The translations under genes were made by a program, and so were the position numbers. A DNA stretch of 32,000 nucleotides from Crocosphaera subtropica ATCC 51142 (lineage in GTDB: Bacteria; Cyanobacteriota; Cyanobacteriia; Cyanobacteriales; Microcystaceae), in contig NC_010546.1 in NCBI RefSeq assembly GCF_000017845.1, forward strand, positions 3,450,001-3,482,000, written 5' to 3'. The notes below the pieces were generated by a model. It was not told where the DNA came from. It searched no databases and worked only from the letters and a program-made list of their open reading frames with translations. Positions 1-9,946 of this stretch are shown one piece after another (position 1 is the stretch's first letter; the number at the start of each line of letters is the position of its first letter).

Positions 1-2
1 CA

Positions 3-107
3 ACGGCCTTACAATACTATCAAGAAGCTTTATATATAGCTCAGAAATCTGGTGATCCTCTTTTAGAACAAGAAATTCGTAATAACATTGCTGCCATTGG
101 CAACTAA
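3..107 (+). CDS. 3' end of a TPR-repeat protein (partial; start lies upstream of the window)
   Basis: Frame 3 is open from the window edge and reads TALQYYQEALYIAQKSGDPLLEQEIRNNIAAIGN, ending at TAA 105-107. The A-x-x-Y-Y-x-x-A-L pattern is typical of a TPR helix pair. Confidence 0.5.
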   Translation, partial: TALQYYQEALYIAQKSGDPLLEQEIRNNIAAIGN

Positions 108-228
108 GCAATTAAAAAAAATTGTCTCTTTTAATGTAAAGAAATCTTGCAATCCCTCAAAAGTTTTGTTAAGATTGTCATCAAGCACTTGACTTAATTA
201 CAGTTACCCAATACAGAGGTATATCATT

Positions 229-372
229 ATGGATAACCAAGAAACTAAATTCGGCTTCACCACATTTGCTGAAAACTGGAATGGTCGCCTAGCTATGCTT
301 GGCTTCGTCATCGGTATTGCTACTGAATACCTAACCGGACAAGGCATCCTTTCTCAATTAGGCTTAATGTAA
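229..372 (+). CDS. hli: High-light-inducible protein (HLIP/Scp, one-helix CAB family), 47 aa
   Basis: Hand translation gives MDNQETKFGFTTFAENWNGRLAMLGFVIGIATEYLTGQGILSQLGLM. It carries the chlorophyll-binding signature AExWNGRxAMxGF plus one TM helix. AGAGG lies about 9 nt upstream of the ATG. It is below the 60-aa cutoff of the supplied ORF track. Confidence 0.88.
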   Translation: MDNQETKFGFTTFAENWNGRLAMLGFVIGIATEYLTGQGILSQLGLM

Positions 373-379
373 TGAAAAA

Positions 380-400
380 GGGTGAGTTATTTCCTCACCC
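380..400 (+). terminator. Possible hairpin downstream of hli
   Basis: GGGTGAG (380-386) pairs with CTCACCC (394-400) around a 7-nt loop, 8 nt after the hli stop. The trailing T-run is weak (CTCTTATAG). Confidence 0.3.
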
Positions 401-581
401 CTCTTATAGATACAGTACGGTCAATTGGATTGGATTATAGCCGTTCTCAGTCAAATTATATACATTTTGTTTCTTTTAGGGTGACCATAGGCTCACTCTA
501 TTTTTTTTGTAAAGCTCACATCTTGTACCTTCGCTCAAACGAAGCTCCTTTAGGGAGGGAACAGGGAACACGGTAGAGCCA

Positions 582-962
582 CTAAAATAATTCAGGATAT
601 TTTTGCCAAACTTTAGTAATAAATTGATGCAATTTTTCTTTAGCAATAGGATTATTATTGATAGAATCATCTGGACTGTGTAACTGACTTAATAAAGGGA
701 TTACTTCTGTATCTAAAGCAGGTTGAAAAAGAATAATTGGATAGAGTAAATCAGACGTTGAGCGGACATCCATTAATAAGGTAGGAGCGAATAATTGAGG
801 ATAAATTTCTCTTTCTTGAGACATATCCACTAAACATAAGGGACGAACCCAACACAATTGACGAGATTCTACCACTTGAATCACTTCACAATAAAGACGA
901 TGAGACTGATGAGCTAAATAGACAATTTGTTGAGGAGTAAAAAGGCAATTTTCACCCGTCAT
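582..962 (-). CDS. Hypothetical protein immediately downstream of RNase II
   Basis: The ORF track lists it as 582..986 using a TTG start that overlaps the rnb stop by 4 nt. The first ATG is at 962 (MTGENCLF...). I recognise no motif. Same strand as rnb and directly adjacent. Confidence 0.6.
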   Translation of the reverse strand: MTGENCLFTPQQIVYLAHQSHRLYCEVIQVVESRQLCWVRPLCLVDMSQEREIYPQLFAPTLLMDVRSTSDLLYPIILFQPALDTEVIPLLSQLHSPDDSINNNPIAKEKLHQFITKVWQKYPELF

Positions 963-982
963 GGTTATTGAATAATTAATGA

Positions 983-2995
983 TCAATTGTTAATGATAGT
1001 TTCGTGTTCAAGCATCTCACGAAAACGAATTTCGTCCCGATGGGGATCAGCACGACTCACCTGTACATTGAGGCGATCGCCTAAAGATACCGATCGTTCA
1101 AAGCGATGAGGTAATTCTAACCCTAATTCTTCTAAGAGGATCACCCCTAACCCTTCATCTTCCCTTAACCACCGTAAAACCAACCCTTGCCAAACCTGAT
1201 CGGCGTTACGACGTAAAAATTCTAACCCCCAATAACGGTTTGTCTGTCTTTCCACTAAAGACGCTTCTTGCGCTGAGAGGGTGACACTATATAAAATTTG
1301 TTGCATAACATCCAAGGGAAAAGGCAACTTATCTCCTCTCAGATGAGCTTTTAGCTGAAAATGGGTCAATAAATCCGTATAACGACGAATCGGGGAGGTT
1401 ACTTGGGTATAATTATCTAATCCTAAACTAGCGTGCCGACTGGGTAGGGTTCCCATCTCGCTGCGAGGCATACAACGGCGCAACGCACAAGCTCTAACTG
1501 GGCCTGGGGGTAATAAGAGTAACTCTTCTTCTGAGGGTAACTCTGGTTGAGGTTGTCCCCGAAAGGGAACAGGTATTCCATGTTCTCGACAATAATTTCC
1601 TGCTACTTCTCCGGCCAAAATCATCATTTCTGCTACTAATTGACGGGAAATGGAGGTTTCTAATAATTCAATAATAATTTCTTCTTCTGACTTCACCTTA
1701 ATAATGGCTTCTGGCATTTTGATGGTGATGGACCCTTGAGACTGTCGCCACTGATGTCGTTTTTTAGCTGCTTCTGCTAACACCGCTAATTCTGACTCGG
1801 CGGTAATGCCTAACTGTAACATTTCATCGACATCGTGGTAGGTGAGGCGATAGGTGGGTTTAATGAGACTGGCATGGATAGAATAATCTAAAATGGCTCC
1901 GTGACTATCTAAAATCACCCCAAAACTCAAAGCAGCGCAAAGTTTCCCTTGACGTAAACTCATTGGGCCTGTGGCTAACTCCACAGGAAACATGGAAATC
2001 ATACCTGTGGGTAAATAGAGGGTGGTGCTACGTTTTCTCGCTTCTAAATCTAACTCATCCCCTGGGGTAACCAAACGAGTGGGATCAGCGATATGTATCC
2101 ATAACTTGACTCTATCATCGTCTAAATACTCTACGCTCAGGCCATCATCAATTTCTTCGGTACTTTCATCATCAATGGTATACACTTTTAGATGGGTCAA
2201 GTCCAGGCGATCGCTATCAGCGTCGGGGGGCAAAGTTTGTAAGTAAGAAGAGGCCACATCTAATACCTTTTGAGGAAAATTTAGCGGATAAGAGCTTCGC
2301 TTTAAGAAAAGGTTTTCGTTGGGACTCCACCATTTTAAGGCTACCAGTAAATCAAAAGCAGCCTCAGCAGTAGTTCCCTGTCCCAGTTCTTTGAGTAAGT
2401 CTTGAGCGTTACGATGATTTTGCTCTGGTTGTAAGACAAACTTTTCTAATAATTCTAACCGAGTGCGATCGCTCTGACTCCATTCTACCGTTTCCCCGGC
2501 TAGAGCTTGTTGAATATGGTCGAAAAAGATTTCTTTTTCTTGTTGACGTTGTTGTTCTACTTCGAGTTGATGTTTAATTTCTGCGACTTGACTGGGGGAA
2601 CGAGGTTCGTAATTTTCACCTTTTTTCTTAAAATATATTTTGTCTTCAGATAACAAGCGATGAGCAGCATAACATAACTGTGGTGTTTGCTCAGAATAGA
2701 GAAAGCTGGCCATATCTGCTGGTGTCAGCGCTTTTCCATCTTCTACTAATAATTCCCACGCCACTTCTAAACTCGATGGGTCAATATAGGCTTGAATCTC
2801 TTTGAGAAACTGAGGAATATCGCTATTACTGTAAGACCCCCCTGGCACTTCGTAATCTACCCTTTGGGGTCGTAGTTTATGGGAATGACCTTCACTGTCA
2901 ATCACTATCCAATCTTTTTTACCTTCTGGACGATCAACCACCCCTAGACGGGGTTCTCCATTGACTCTAAATTCAACTAACTTACCTTTTTCCAC
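983..2995 (-). CDS. rnb: Exoribonuclease II / RNase R family (RNB domain) protein
   Basis: 670 aa with a GTG start. RNB catalytic motifs are present: YTIDDESTEEIDDGLSV and HASLGLDNYTQVTSPIRRYTDLLTHFQL. There are N-terminal OB/CSD-like and C-terminal S1-like regions. Confidence 0.95.
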   Translation of the reverse strand: MEKGKLVEFRVNGEPRLGVVDRPEGKKDWIVIDSEGHSHKLRPQRVDYEVPGGSYSNSDIPQFLKEIQAYIDPSSLEVAWELLVEDGKALTPADMASFLYSEQTPQLCYAAHRLLSEDKIYFKKKGENYEPRSPSQVAEIKHQLEVEQQRQQEKEIFFDHIQQALAGETVEWSQSDRTRLELLEKFVLQPEQNHRNAQDLLKELGQGTTAEAAFDLLVALKWWSPNENLFLKRSSYPLNFPQKVLDVASSYLQTLPPDADSDRLDLTHLKVYTIDDESTEEIDDGLSVEYLDDDRVKLWIHIADPTRLVTPGDELDLEARKRSTTLYLPTGMISMFPVELATGPMSLRQGKLCAALSFGVILDSHGAILDYSIHASLIKPTYRLTYHDVDEMLQLGITAESELAVLAEAAKKRHQWRQSQGSITIKMPEAIIKVKSEEEIIIELLETSISRQLVAEMMILAGEVAGNYCREHGIPVPFRGQPQPELPSEEELLLLPPGPVRACALRRCMPRSEMGTLPSRHASLGLDNYTQVTSPIRRYTDLLTHFQLKAHLRGDKLPFPLDVMQQILYSVTLSAQEASLVERQTNRYWGLEFLRRNADQVWQGLVLRWLREDEGLGVILLEELGLELPHRFERSVSLGDRLNVQVSRADPHRDEIRFREMLEHETIINN

Positions 2996-3146
2996 CCGCT
3001 TTATGCCTTACTTGCTAACATTTTCTCTAACGAACCATTGTATAATCCCCTTTTTTTTAACATGAGGTTTAGGGAACTACATTGGTAATTGAGGGGTTAA
3101 GTGCTGATACCATACTAACCCCGAATACCTAAAATTAGAGATAAGG

Positions 3147-3362
3147 TTAAGCTTCTTTGTTGACAAAGGGCAGTAACGCTAAAAATCTGGCCCGTTTCAC
3201 GGCAGAGGTTAAGGCTCTTTGTTGTTTAGCGGTTAACCCGGTAATGCGTCTCGGTAAGATTTTACCCCGTTCGGTGATAAATTTCCTGAGCAACTCTGTA
3301 TCTTTATAATCAATGGGTTGTTTAGGGGGAATGGGAGATAACCGTTTGCGATAGTAACTCAT
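3147..3362 (-). CDS. rpsR: 30S ribosomal protein S18
   Basis: 71 aa. [49 protein letters not shown] is the canonical S18 core. Confidence 0.97.
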   Translation of the reverse strand: MSYYRKRLSPIPPKQPIDYKDTELLRKFITERGKILPRRITGLTAKQQRALTSAVKRARFLALLPFVNKEA

Positions 3363-3394
3363 ACTTGACTTTTTCCTTATTTTATGCTAAGCAA

Positions 3395-3589
3395 CTATTT
3401 AATTTCTTTGTGAACCGTGTGGGTATTACAGTGGGGACAGAACTTTTTCAGTTCTATTCTTCCTGTGGTATTACGACGGTTTTTGCTGGTGGTATAGCGG
3501 TTAACCCCAGGCGATCGCTTGTTAGTGTTTGTCCGACACTCGGTACATTCTAGGGTAATAATCAGTCGAACCCCTTTTTTACTGGCCAT
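3395..3589 (-). CDS. rpmG: 50S ribosomal protein L33
   Basis: 64 aa with CTEC...CPHC zinc-ribbon cysteines and an [11 protein letters not shown] motif. It sits directly upstream of rpsR, as in other cyanobacteria. Confidence 0.97.
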   Translation of the reverse strand: MASKKGVRLIITLECTECRTNTNKRSPGVNRYTTSKNRRNTTGRIELKKFCPHCNTHTVHKEIK

Positions 3590-3702
3590 AGCTTAATTTA
3601 GCAACTTACTTAATTAATTTTAGATTTACACACAAACAGCTATTATCTCATATTTTGCTCAAGGTTGCAAATCAGACAAGACTGTCCAGTGGATGTTGGC
3701 GT

Positions 3703-5784
3703 TTAGTTTAGTTCAAATAATTGCGCTTCAGGTAAATTGGGTAATTCTAGTCCTTGTTTTGAGGGTTGAAAATGCCAAATCAACTTAGGGGAAAGGAAAG
3801 AAAGCTCTTCACTATTTTTTTCGCATTTTACATCTAAACACAACAAATAATCAAAACTTTCTGGATTGGATTGCAAAGGATTAGAAAATTGATAATTGGT
3901 TAATTCTGATTGTAAACCAGGATACTTATAGTCTAAGTTTGAATAAGATGAGGCATGAATAGGTACGATTTCAGAATTAGGAAATGCCAGAATATAGTCA
4001 TAATTATCATCATAGTAACTAGCTAATAAAGCAATTTTTGCTTGAGGTTTGATCAAATCTTTGCTTTGTTGGTTAATGGTTTGATAAGCTCTTATTTGAC
4101 CAAAATTTGTGGTTTTCCAAACATTATTTTGGGTCATGTTTCTAGCCACGTTCTCCAGGGATAAATTTCGAGTCAGTTCCCTATTTAAAATCAAAATCCC
4201 TCTATCTTCATTCATTAGGATAGACGAATAAAGCGTAATTATGCAAGTAATTGTAATAACTTTCAACAGAATTTTTGTTTTATCTTGAAGCCATAAACTG
4301 AGAGAATCAAGGGTATAAGCAATGCAGATACCTGAACTAACAAAAAAGATCGAAAAATAACGACCTCTTAAGGGAGACCAAGCAAGTTTATAACTAACGA
4401 TTAAGAAAAAACAAATTAAAATATAACTAACTATTTTAACAAAACGATTGCCCTTAATAGATGTATAGAGAATAGAGGGAATGGATAATAAAAATCCAAA
4501 CCATCCATACCAGCCAATAATTTCTTGAAATTTCCACTCAATTCCAAATTTATAAGGAGAATCTTTTAGAGGATTAAGATAATTATTTAACATTCCTGCA
4601 TCTCCTACTAAGGGGTAAATGACTTTTCTATAAATTTTTTCTAACTCATTAGATGGCTGAATATTGAGAAAACGCTGACTCACTATGTCTGTTGGTTGCA
4701 TTAAATCAATGGATTGAAATAAAAAACGAAATAAATTAGCAACTCCTCCTTTTACGCCATCAGCTTGTTTGAAATAATTAACATAATCAGGGGGACCTGA
4801 GAATCCCCCCCAATAATTATAATTGTAACTATATAACCAAATTTGGCTAAAAATCAACACAGGTACAATCAAAGCTATCCACCAAAACCAATGGTTTAAA
4901 AGAAACTTAAACCAATTGCCAAAAGAATGTTTTTTAAACAATAAATAACCACTAAACACAAGAAAAGGAGCTAAAAATAAAACAAAAGTTAGTTTGATTG
5001 ATAACCCAAAAGCAGATCCTACAACTAAGAGAATAAAATCAATTAAATTAATGTTTTGGTATAATCGATAGAGAATTAAAAAGCAAAAAATACCCACTCC
5101 AGCCAAAGGAAAATCATTACTTAAAGAATTGGATTGAAAAACAACTTGAGGCATGGTAATAATGACTAAAGTAGAGACAAAAGCAATATTTTGTGATGTC
5201 AGCTTTCGACACAAGCTATAAACACCACAACCAACAGATAAATAAATCAAAAAAGGAAAAATGCCCAGTCCATAATCTGTATGAAACCGCAAAAAAGCAT
5301 GGTTTAAAATATTCCAACCAACTGGAAAAATAGCTTGTCTTAAAGTAACAATATTTTCTAAGTATAATGATTTTTCTTGCTGAAATAGTAAGACTCTCGA
5401 AAGATGATAATCCTTAATGTCTGGACCAGTAGGAGGTAAAATGATAGCTTGTAAACCTAAGTAAATGATAGCTATCCCCACAACAGAGCAAGTTATTTTA
5501 TGTTCTTGCCAAAAATTAACTAATCTTCTCCAAAATTGTTTTAGATAATTATTTCGCCTTCTGATAAGAAAAACACTAGCAATGACTAACATTGCCTCAA
5601 AAATGAAAGCCAGTTGAGGAACCCCAATTAAAAAGACAGTTTGATATAAACAAGAGAGAGTTAATAAAGCAACAATAATTCCTGAACAAATGGCTTCTGA
5701 TACCATCATCTTAGGACGATAAAGAAAAACAGTTGCACCAAGACAGAGAATAATAATTTCTAAAAGAACCAATAAGGGAATCAT
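3703..5784 (-). CDS. Large polytopic membrane protein, GT-C-fold (ArnT/PMT, GT39/GT83-like) glycosyltransferase candidate
   Basis: 693 aa. About 480 aa of densely packed hydrophobic helices are followed by a C-terminal soluble domain of about 170 aa. An acidic DIKDYH segment follows the early helices. It is divergent from a GT2 gene. The family call is inference from architecture, not from a search. Confidence 0.55.
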   Translation of the reverse strand: MIPLLVLLEIIILCLGATVFLYRPKMMVSEAICSGIIVALLTLSCLYQTVFLIGVPQLAFIFEAMLVIASVFLIRRRNNYLKQFWRRLVNFWQEHKITCSVVGIAIIYLGLQAIILPPTGPDIKDYHLSRVLLFQQEKSLYLENIVTLRQAIFPVGWNILNHAFLRFHTDYGLGIFPFLIYLSVGCGVYSLCRKLTSQNIAFVSTLVIITMPQVVFQSNSLSNDFPLAGVGIFCFLILYRLYQNINLIDFILLVVGSAFGLSIKLTFVLFLAPFLVFSGYLLFKKHSFGNWFKFLLNHWFWWIALIVPVLIFSQIWLYSYNYNYWGGFSGPPDYVNYFKQADGVKGGVANLFRFLFQSIDLMQPTDIVSQRFLNIQPSNELEKIYRKVIYPLVGDAGMLNNYLNPLKDSPYKFGIEWKFQEIIGWYGWFGFLLSIPSILYTSIKGNRFVKIVSYILICFFLIVSYKLAWSPLRGRYFSIFFVSSGICIAYTLDSLSLWLQDKTKILLKVITITCIITLYSSILMNEDRGILILNRELTRNLSLENVARNMTQNNVWKTTNFGQIRAYQTINQQSKDLIKPQAKIALLASYYDDNYDYILAFPNSEIVPIHASSYSNLDYKYPGLQSELTNYQFSNPLQSNPESFDYLLCLDVKCEKNSEELSFLSPKLIWHFQPSKQGLELPNLPEAQLFELN

Positions 5785-5939
5785 AATCTGTAAAATTGAT
5801 TGATATGAAGTAAGGATATCCCATAGAAGTTAATTTTGGGATCTTTAAAACCATTAAAATTTTCTTGACGAATTTGATAGGTCATAGTACCATCCAACAT
5901 AAATATAATTACCCCTAATATATAAAAGCTGCATTATAA

Positions 5940-6926
5940 ATGAGCAAATTAATTATTCAGATTCCCTGTTACAATGAGGAATCATCTTTGCCTATCACCC
6001 TTTCTGAATTGCCTCGTCAAGTTCCAGGGGTGGATGAAGTTGAATGGCTAATTATTAACGATGGTAGTCAAGATAGAACGGTTGAGATAGCCAAAGAATG
6101 GCAGGTAGACCATATTGTTAATTTTGAATATAATCAAGGCTTAGCCAAGGCTTTTATGGCAGGCTTAGAGGCTAGTCTAAAAGCAGGTGCTGATATTATT
6201 GTTAACACCGATGCAGATAATCAATATTGCGCTGAGGATATTCCTAAGCTTATTGAACCAATTTTAAACAAACGGGCTGAGATCGTGGTCGGAGCTAGAC
6301 CTATCGCCAATATTCGCCACTTTTCGCCCCTAAAGAAGCTCTTACAAAAATTAGGAAGTTGGGTGGTACGAGTTGCAAGTAATACTAATGTACCTGATGC
6401 CCCCAGTGGTTTTCGGGCAATGAGTCGCAATGCGGCCATGAAATTAAACGTTTTTAATGAATATACTTATACCTTAGAAACTATTATTCAAGCAGGGCGC
6501 AAAGATATTGTAATTACTTCGGTTCCTATCCGAACCAATGGTTACTTAAGAGCGTCTCGTTTAATAAAAAGTATTCCCCTGTATATTCAGCGTTCAATTG
6601 TTACGATTGTTCGCATTTTTATGGCTTATAAGCCTTTACAATTTTTTGCTTATATAGGAGCGGTTCCTTTTTCTTTGGGCAGTATTTTATTAATTCGGTG
6701 GTTAATATTATTTATAGTTGAAAATAGCATGAGAACTCGTCTACCTAGTTTAATTTTGGGGGCAATTTTAATTATTGTGGGGGTACAATTTTGGATCTTG
6801 GGATTAGTGGCTGATTTATTAGCAGTTAACCGAAAACTGTTAGAAGATATTCAGTTAAGATTACGACGCAACGAATACGAAAAATTTTCCCAAAACCCCT
6901 TAAACGATGTTTCTAAAATTCAATAA
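5940..6926 (+). CDS. Family 2 glycosyltransferase, polyprenyl-phosphate sugar synthase type (DPM1/GtrB/ArnC-like)
   Basis: 328 aa. GT2 signatures are IQIPCYNEE, INDGSQDRT and DADNQY (DxD). Two C-terminal TM helices (LILFIVEN..., LILGAILIIVGVQFWILGLVADLL) are typical of GtrB/ArnC-type enzymes. Confidence 0.88.
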   Translation: MSKLIIQIPCYNEESSLPITLSELPRQVPGVDEVEWLIINDGSQDRTVEIAKEWQVDHIVNFEYNQGLAKAFMAGLEASLKAGADIIVNTDADNQYCAEDIPKLIEPILNKRAEIVVGARPIANIRHFSPLKKLLQKLGSWVVRVASNTNVPDAPSGFRAMSRNAAMKLNVFNEYTYTLETIIQAGRKDIVITSVPIRTNGYLRASRLIKSIPLYIQRSIVTIVRIFMAYKPLQFFAYIGAVPFSLGSILLIRWLILFIVENSMRTRLPSLILGAILIIVGVQFWILGLVADLLAVNRKLLEDIQLRLRRNEYEKFSQNPLNDVSKIQ

Positions 6927-6938
6927 ATAAAATCAAAA

Positions 6939-8351
6939 ATGAGCTATTGGCAAAAATTTCAACAAACAGTTATTCACCCCAGAAATTGCACTCACTGCGG
7001 TGCTTGTGTCGGTCTAAATCCTGACTTATTATCTTTTAAAGAAACGGCTTCAGGCCCCTTACCCTTCCCCAAAAAAATCCTAACCCCCCAAGAAGACGAA
7101 CAGTTAAAATTAGCTTGGGCAGTGTGTTCGGGAAGAGGAACCCCTTACCCCGAATTATTTGAATATTTAGATTATTCTACCAAAAATTGGCTATTAGGAG
7201 AATATAAAGGGGTTTATACTGGATTTGCTAGTGATCCCGCCATTCGTCGCCGAGGAGCATCTGGAGGGGTGATTAGTCGGGTGCTGATTCATTTACTCGA
7301 AACGGGGGAAATAGACGGGGCGGTGGTGTTACGTCAAGGATTAGATGACCCTGAAAAAGCCACCCCTATTATTGCAACCACAGCAGAGGAAATCCTCGAA
7401 GCAGCGCAGAGTGTTTATGCTGTTACTCCTATGTTAACGATTTTGCCAGAAATCGAGGAATTTGAGGGAAATTTGGCTTTTGTGGGACTGCCAGAACAGA
7501 TTAGTGTCTTGAGGATGTTACAAGCATCGGGCAACGAGGCAGCCAAAAAAGTGGTCTTTGTGGCTGGTCCGTACACAGGAACCAATATGTATTTAGGGGC
7601 ATTACGGGCATTTTTGCGCTCTCAAAGGGTATCGGACAAGGTAGCTATCAAGAAGGTGCAATGGCGGGCAGGAGAATGGCCAGGGTACTTACAAATCGAT
7701 ACAGCAGACGATCGCTCGTTTAAGGCACAGAAATTTTACTATAATTACTTAATTCCTTTCTATATTTCCCGTAACTGTCAAATTATTCCTGATTTTAGCA
7801 ATGAATGTACGGATTTATCAGTGGGAGATGCTTGGTCGCCTCAATTTGAGTCCCAAGGGGGCGGCCATTCCGTAATTGTTGCCCGTAGTGACAAGGCGGT
7901 TAAAGTCTTAACAGAGATGGAAATCAACCAGAAAGTGACTTTAGAGCCGATAGAAGTGGAAAAAGCCCTAGCAATGCACGGCCATATGTTGGATTTTAAG
8001 AAAAGAGGAACCTTTATTCGCTTAGACGTTCAGAAAAAATTAGGGCAACCCATACCTGAGTTTGGTTATCGTCCGGTTTCGATCGCTTTAAGCCGTCGTT
8101 TAGTAGAAATTGTCATTACAGGGTCGTTTATGATAGGAAGGCTGTCTATTGCTCGCTGGATCGTCTCAAAAATTCCCATTGGTATCGTTGGACCCGCTTT
8201 TAACTGGTTGCGTCAAACCTGGAAAGGGTTATCCAAACCCACCAAACGCAAAGGGTTGGCCGAAGTGGAATTTGTACGGATCGAACAAGGCGATCGCTGG
8301 TCTGAAATTACCCAGTTTGCTCAACCTGAAGCCATGACATCCCAGGAGTAA
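6939..8351 (+). CDS. FrhB/FdhB-like protein (coenzyme F420 hydrogenase/dehydrogenase beta-subunit family; Fe-S flavoprotein)
   Basis: 470 aa. It has an N-terminal [12 protein letters not shown] cysteine motif, a [11 protein letters not shown] flavin-site-like motif, and later cysteines ([14 protein letters not shown]). Family call made from motif memory. Confidence 0.75.
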   Translation: MSYWQKFQQTVIHPRNCTHCGACVGLNPDLLSFKETASGPLPFPKKILTPQEDEQLKLAWAVCSGRGTPYPELFEYLDYSTKNWLLGEYKGVYTGFASDPAIRRRGASGGVISRVLIHLLETGEIDGAVVLRQGLDDPEKATPIIATTAEEILEAAQSVYAVTPMLTILPEIEEFEGNLAFVGLPEQISVLRMLQASGNEAAKKVVFVAGPYTGTNMYLGALRAFLRSQRVSDKVAIKKVQWRAGEWPGYLQIDTADDRSFKAQKFYYNYLIPFYISRNCQIIPDFSNECTDLSVGDAWSPQFESQGGGHSVIVARSDKAVKVLTEMEINQKVTLEPIEVEKALAMHGHMLDFKKRGTFIRLDVQKKLGQPIPEFGYRPVSIALSRRLVEIVITGSFMIGRLSIARWIVSKIPIGIVGPAFNWLRQTWKGLSKPTKRKGLAEVEFVRIEQGDRWSEITQFAQPEAMTSQE

Positions 8352-8356
8352 GGACA

Positions 8357-9946
8357 ATGGACTTAACAGCAACCTTTCAACGCTACGCCGATCATCAAGT
8401 CGCCCGCATCCTAACCCAAATGGATCGAGATCCCCAGTCTCCTACCTTTGGCTGTTTTGATCGCAACTATTGGCATTATAAGATTCGGGACTATCCTTCC
8501 TCGATTTTGCAACAAGGGGCTTTTACCTTAGAAGCGATCGCCAATGATACCATTCCCTCAGTCTCCGGCATTCCCGATGAATGGCGTATCGGGGCGTTAA
8601 ATGCTTTGGCCCGACAAATAGATAGTCAAGGGCGTGTGGACGAATATTATCCCTACGAAGCCAGTTATCCAGCGGCCGCTTTTGGGTTATATGCAGTCAC
8701 CCGTATCCTTTGGCAATGGGAAAAAACAGCCCCTCATCTAGCTAAAGAAGTAAACCGAGAACCCTTAGAATGGTTGGCCCATCATTTAGCCAGTCGCCTC
8801 GAAACCGAAGCCAGCAACCAACACGCTGCGGGAGTGACAGGGTTAGCTTTTGCTAAGAGATTAAATCTCCTTTCTAGCCCGAAAATAGCCCTAGAAGAGC
8901 AAACAGAGCAACTTTTTAATAATCAACATTCTGAAGGTTGGTTTAAGGAATATGGTGGGCCAGACTTTGGTTATTTGACGGTGACGTTGGATGTGTTAGT
9001 GGATTACTATGAAATAACCCAAGATGAAAGGGCGATCGCAGCTATAGATCGGGCGGTGGAATTTTTAGCCCGTCTGGTGGGGGCAGATTATAAGTTACCT
9101 TCTACTTTAAATAGTCGCAATACGGATTATGTAGTGCCTTACGGGTTAGTGAAAACAGCACAACGTAACCCCTTGGCTGCTTGGTTGGTAGAAGTGTTAT
9201 TTTCTAGTCTGGATCAGCCGTCTCATTTTGTTTGGGCAACGGATGATCGCTATCATTGTCATTATCTGTTTGCCAGCATTGTCCGTGCAATTCCCCATCT
9301 TAAAGCCATGCAACCCAGTCAAACCCCCAAGTTTTGGGGTGAGTCGGTATGGTTAGAAGGCTGTGGGTATCAGGTTTATTGGTCCAAGGAGCAACGCTGG
9401 AATGCTTATGTAGCAGCTAGAAAAGGGGGTTTGGTGAGAATTCATCAAAAAGGAGAATTAGACCCCGTAGTGGACTATGGATGGCGTATTGAGAAGGAAA
9501 ACACCCTATGGACAACCAACTGGTGGACTCAAGACTGGCAAATTGAGCAAAAAGGTGATCGGATTATTATTCGAGGTAACTGTCAAAAAACCCAGTATCA
9601 TGTACCCAGTCCCCCGAAACATTTAGTCTTAAGAATTTTGGCGTTTTTATTAAGAGAAAAAGTGATTCCTTTGCTCAAGAGAGTGATGATTTTTCGCCCA
9701 GGGGTAACGGACGGTCCAAAATTTGAGCGTGTGATTTCTTTTGATAGTAATGGCGTAAAAATTAAAGAGCATTTAGCTGCGTTTCCAGGCGCAATGGTCA
9801 TTCCCAGTCCTCGACAAAATCTCCGTCATGTTGCGAGTGCAGATAGTTTTAGTCGAGAGGAATGGTTGGTTTCTTTGATGGGAGATCGTGATTATTCTTT
9901 AGAGAAAGATATTGTTATTGACAATCAATGGTTAGCTAATCAATGA
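8357..9946 (+). CDS. Hypothetical soluble protein, 529 aa, helix-rich N-terminal two-thirds
   Basis: Long ORF with GGAG upstream, 5 nt after the preceding stop. It contains three perfect HIP1 sites. No signal peptide or TM segment is seen. I recognise no family. Confidence 0.8.
   Translation: MDLTATFQRYADHQVARILTQMDRDPQSPTFGCFDRNYWHYKIRDYPSSILQQGAFTLEAIANDTIPSVSGIPDEWRIGALNALARQIDSQGRVDEYYPYEASYPAAAFGLYAVTRILWQWEKTAPHLAKEVNREPLEWLAHHLASRLETEASNQHAAGVTGLAFAKRLNLLSSPKIALEEQTEQLFNNQHSEGWFKEYGGPDFGYLTVTLDVLVDYYEITQDERAIAAIDRAVEFLARLVGADYKLPSTLNSRNTDYVVPYGLVKTAQRNPLAAWLVEVLFSSLDQPSHFVWATDDRYHCHYLFASIVRAIPHLKAMQPSQTPKFWGESVWLEGCGYQVYWSKEQRWNAYVAARKGGLVRIHQKGELDPVVDYGWRIEKENTLWTTNWWTQDWQIEQKGDRIIIRGNCQKTQYHVPSPPKHLVLRILAFLLREKVIPLLKRVMIFRPGVTDGPKFERVISFDSNGVKIKEHLAAFPGAMVIPSPRQNLRHVASADSFSREEWLVSLMGDRDYSLEKDIVIDNQWLANQ

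Noticed and set aside
120-228. HLR1 (RpaB-binding) direct repeats upstream of the HLIP gene
   Set aside because: TTACAG and TTACCC hexamers are present (about 197-210), but they are spaced 6 nt apart. HLR1 consists of two 8-nt units separated by 2 nt (10-nt period). I cannot call it.
382-670. Track ORFs 382..576 (+) and 476..670 (-)
   Set aside because: They overlap each other and the 3' end of the 582..962 gene. They are low-complexity, have no Shine-Dalgarno and lie in a convergent intergenic spacer. Likely non-coding.
2022-2246. Track ORF 2022..2246 (+), antisense within rnb
   Set aside because: A shadow ORF on the strand opposite a strongly supported RNB-domain CDS.
3365-3553. Track ORF 3365..3553 (+), antisense to rpmG
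   Set aside because: A shadow of the L33 gene.
3519-8289. HIP1-free stretches (3519-8289 and 9041-14640) as evidence of horizontal transfer
   Set aside because: A comparable HIP1-free gap occurs at about 23996-29005 across ordinary genes. AT-rich membrane-protein genes are also expected to carry fewer GC-rich octamers. This is not decisive without a composition-corrected expectation.
6221-9801. Track ORFs 6221..6439 (-), 8149..8337 (+, alternate frame) and 9598..9801 (-)
   Set aside because: All are nested inside longer, motif-supported or operon-consistent CDSs. They show no independent signals.
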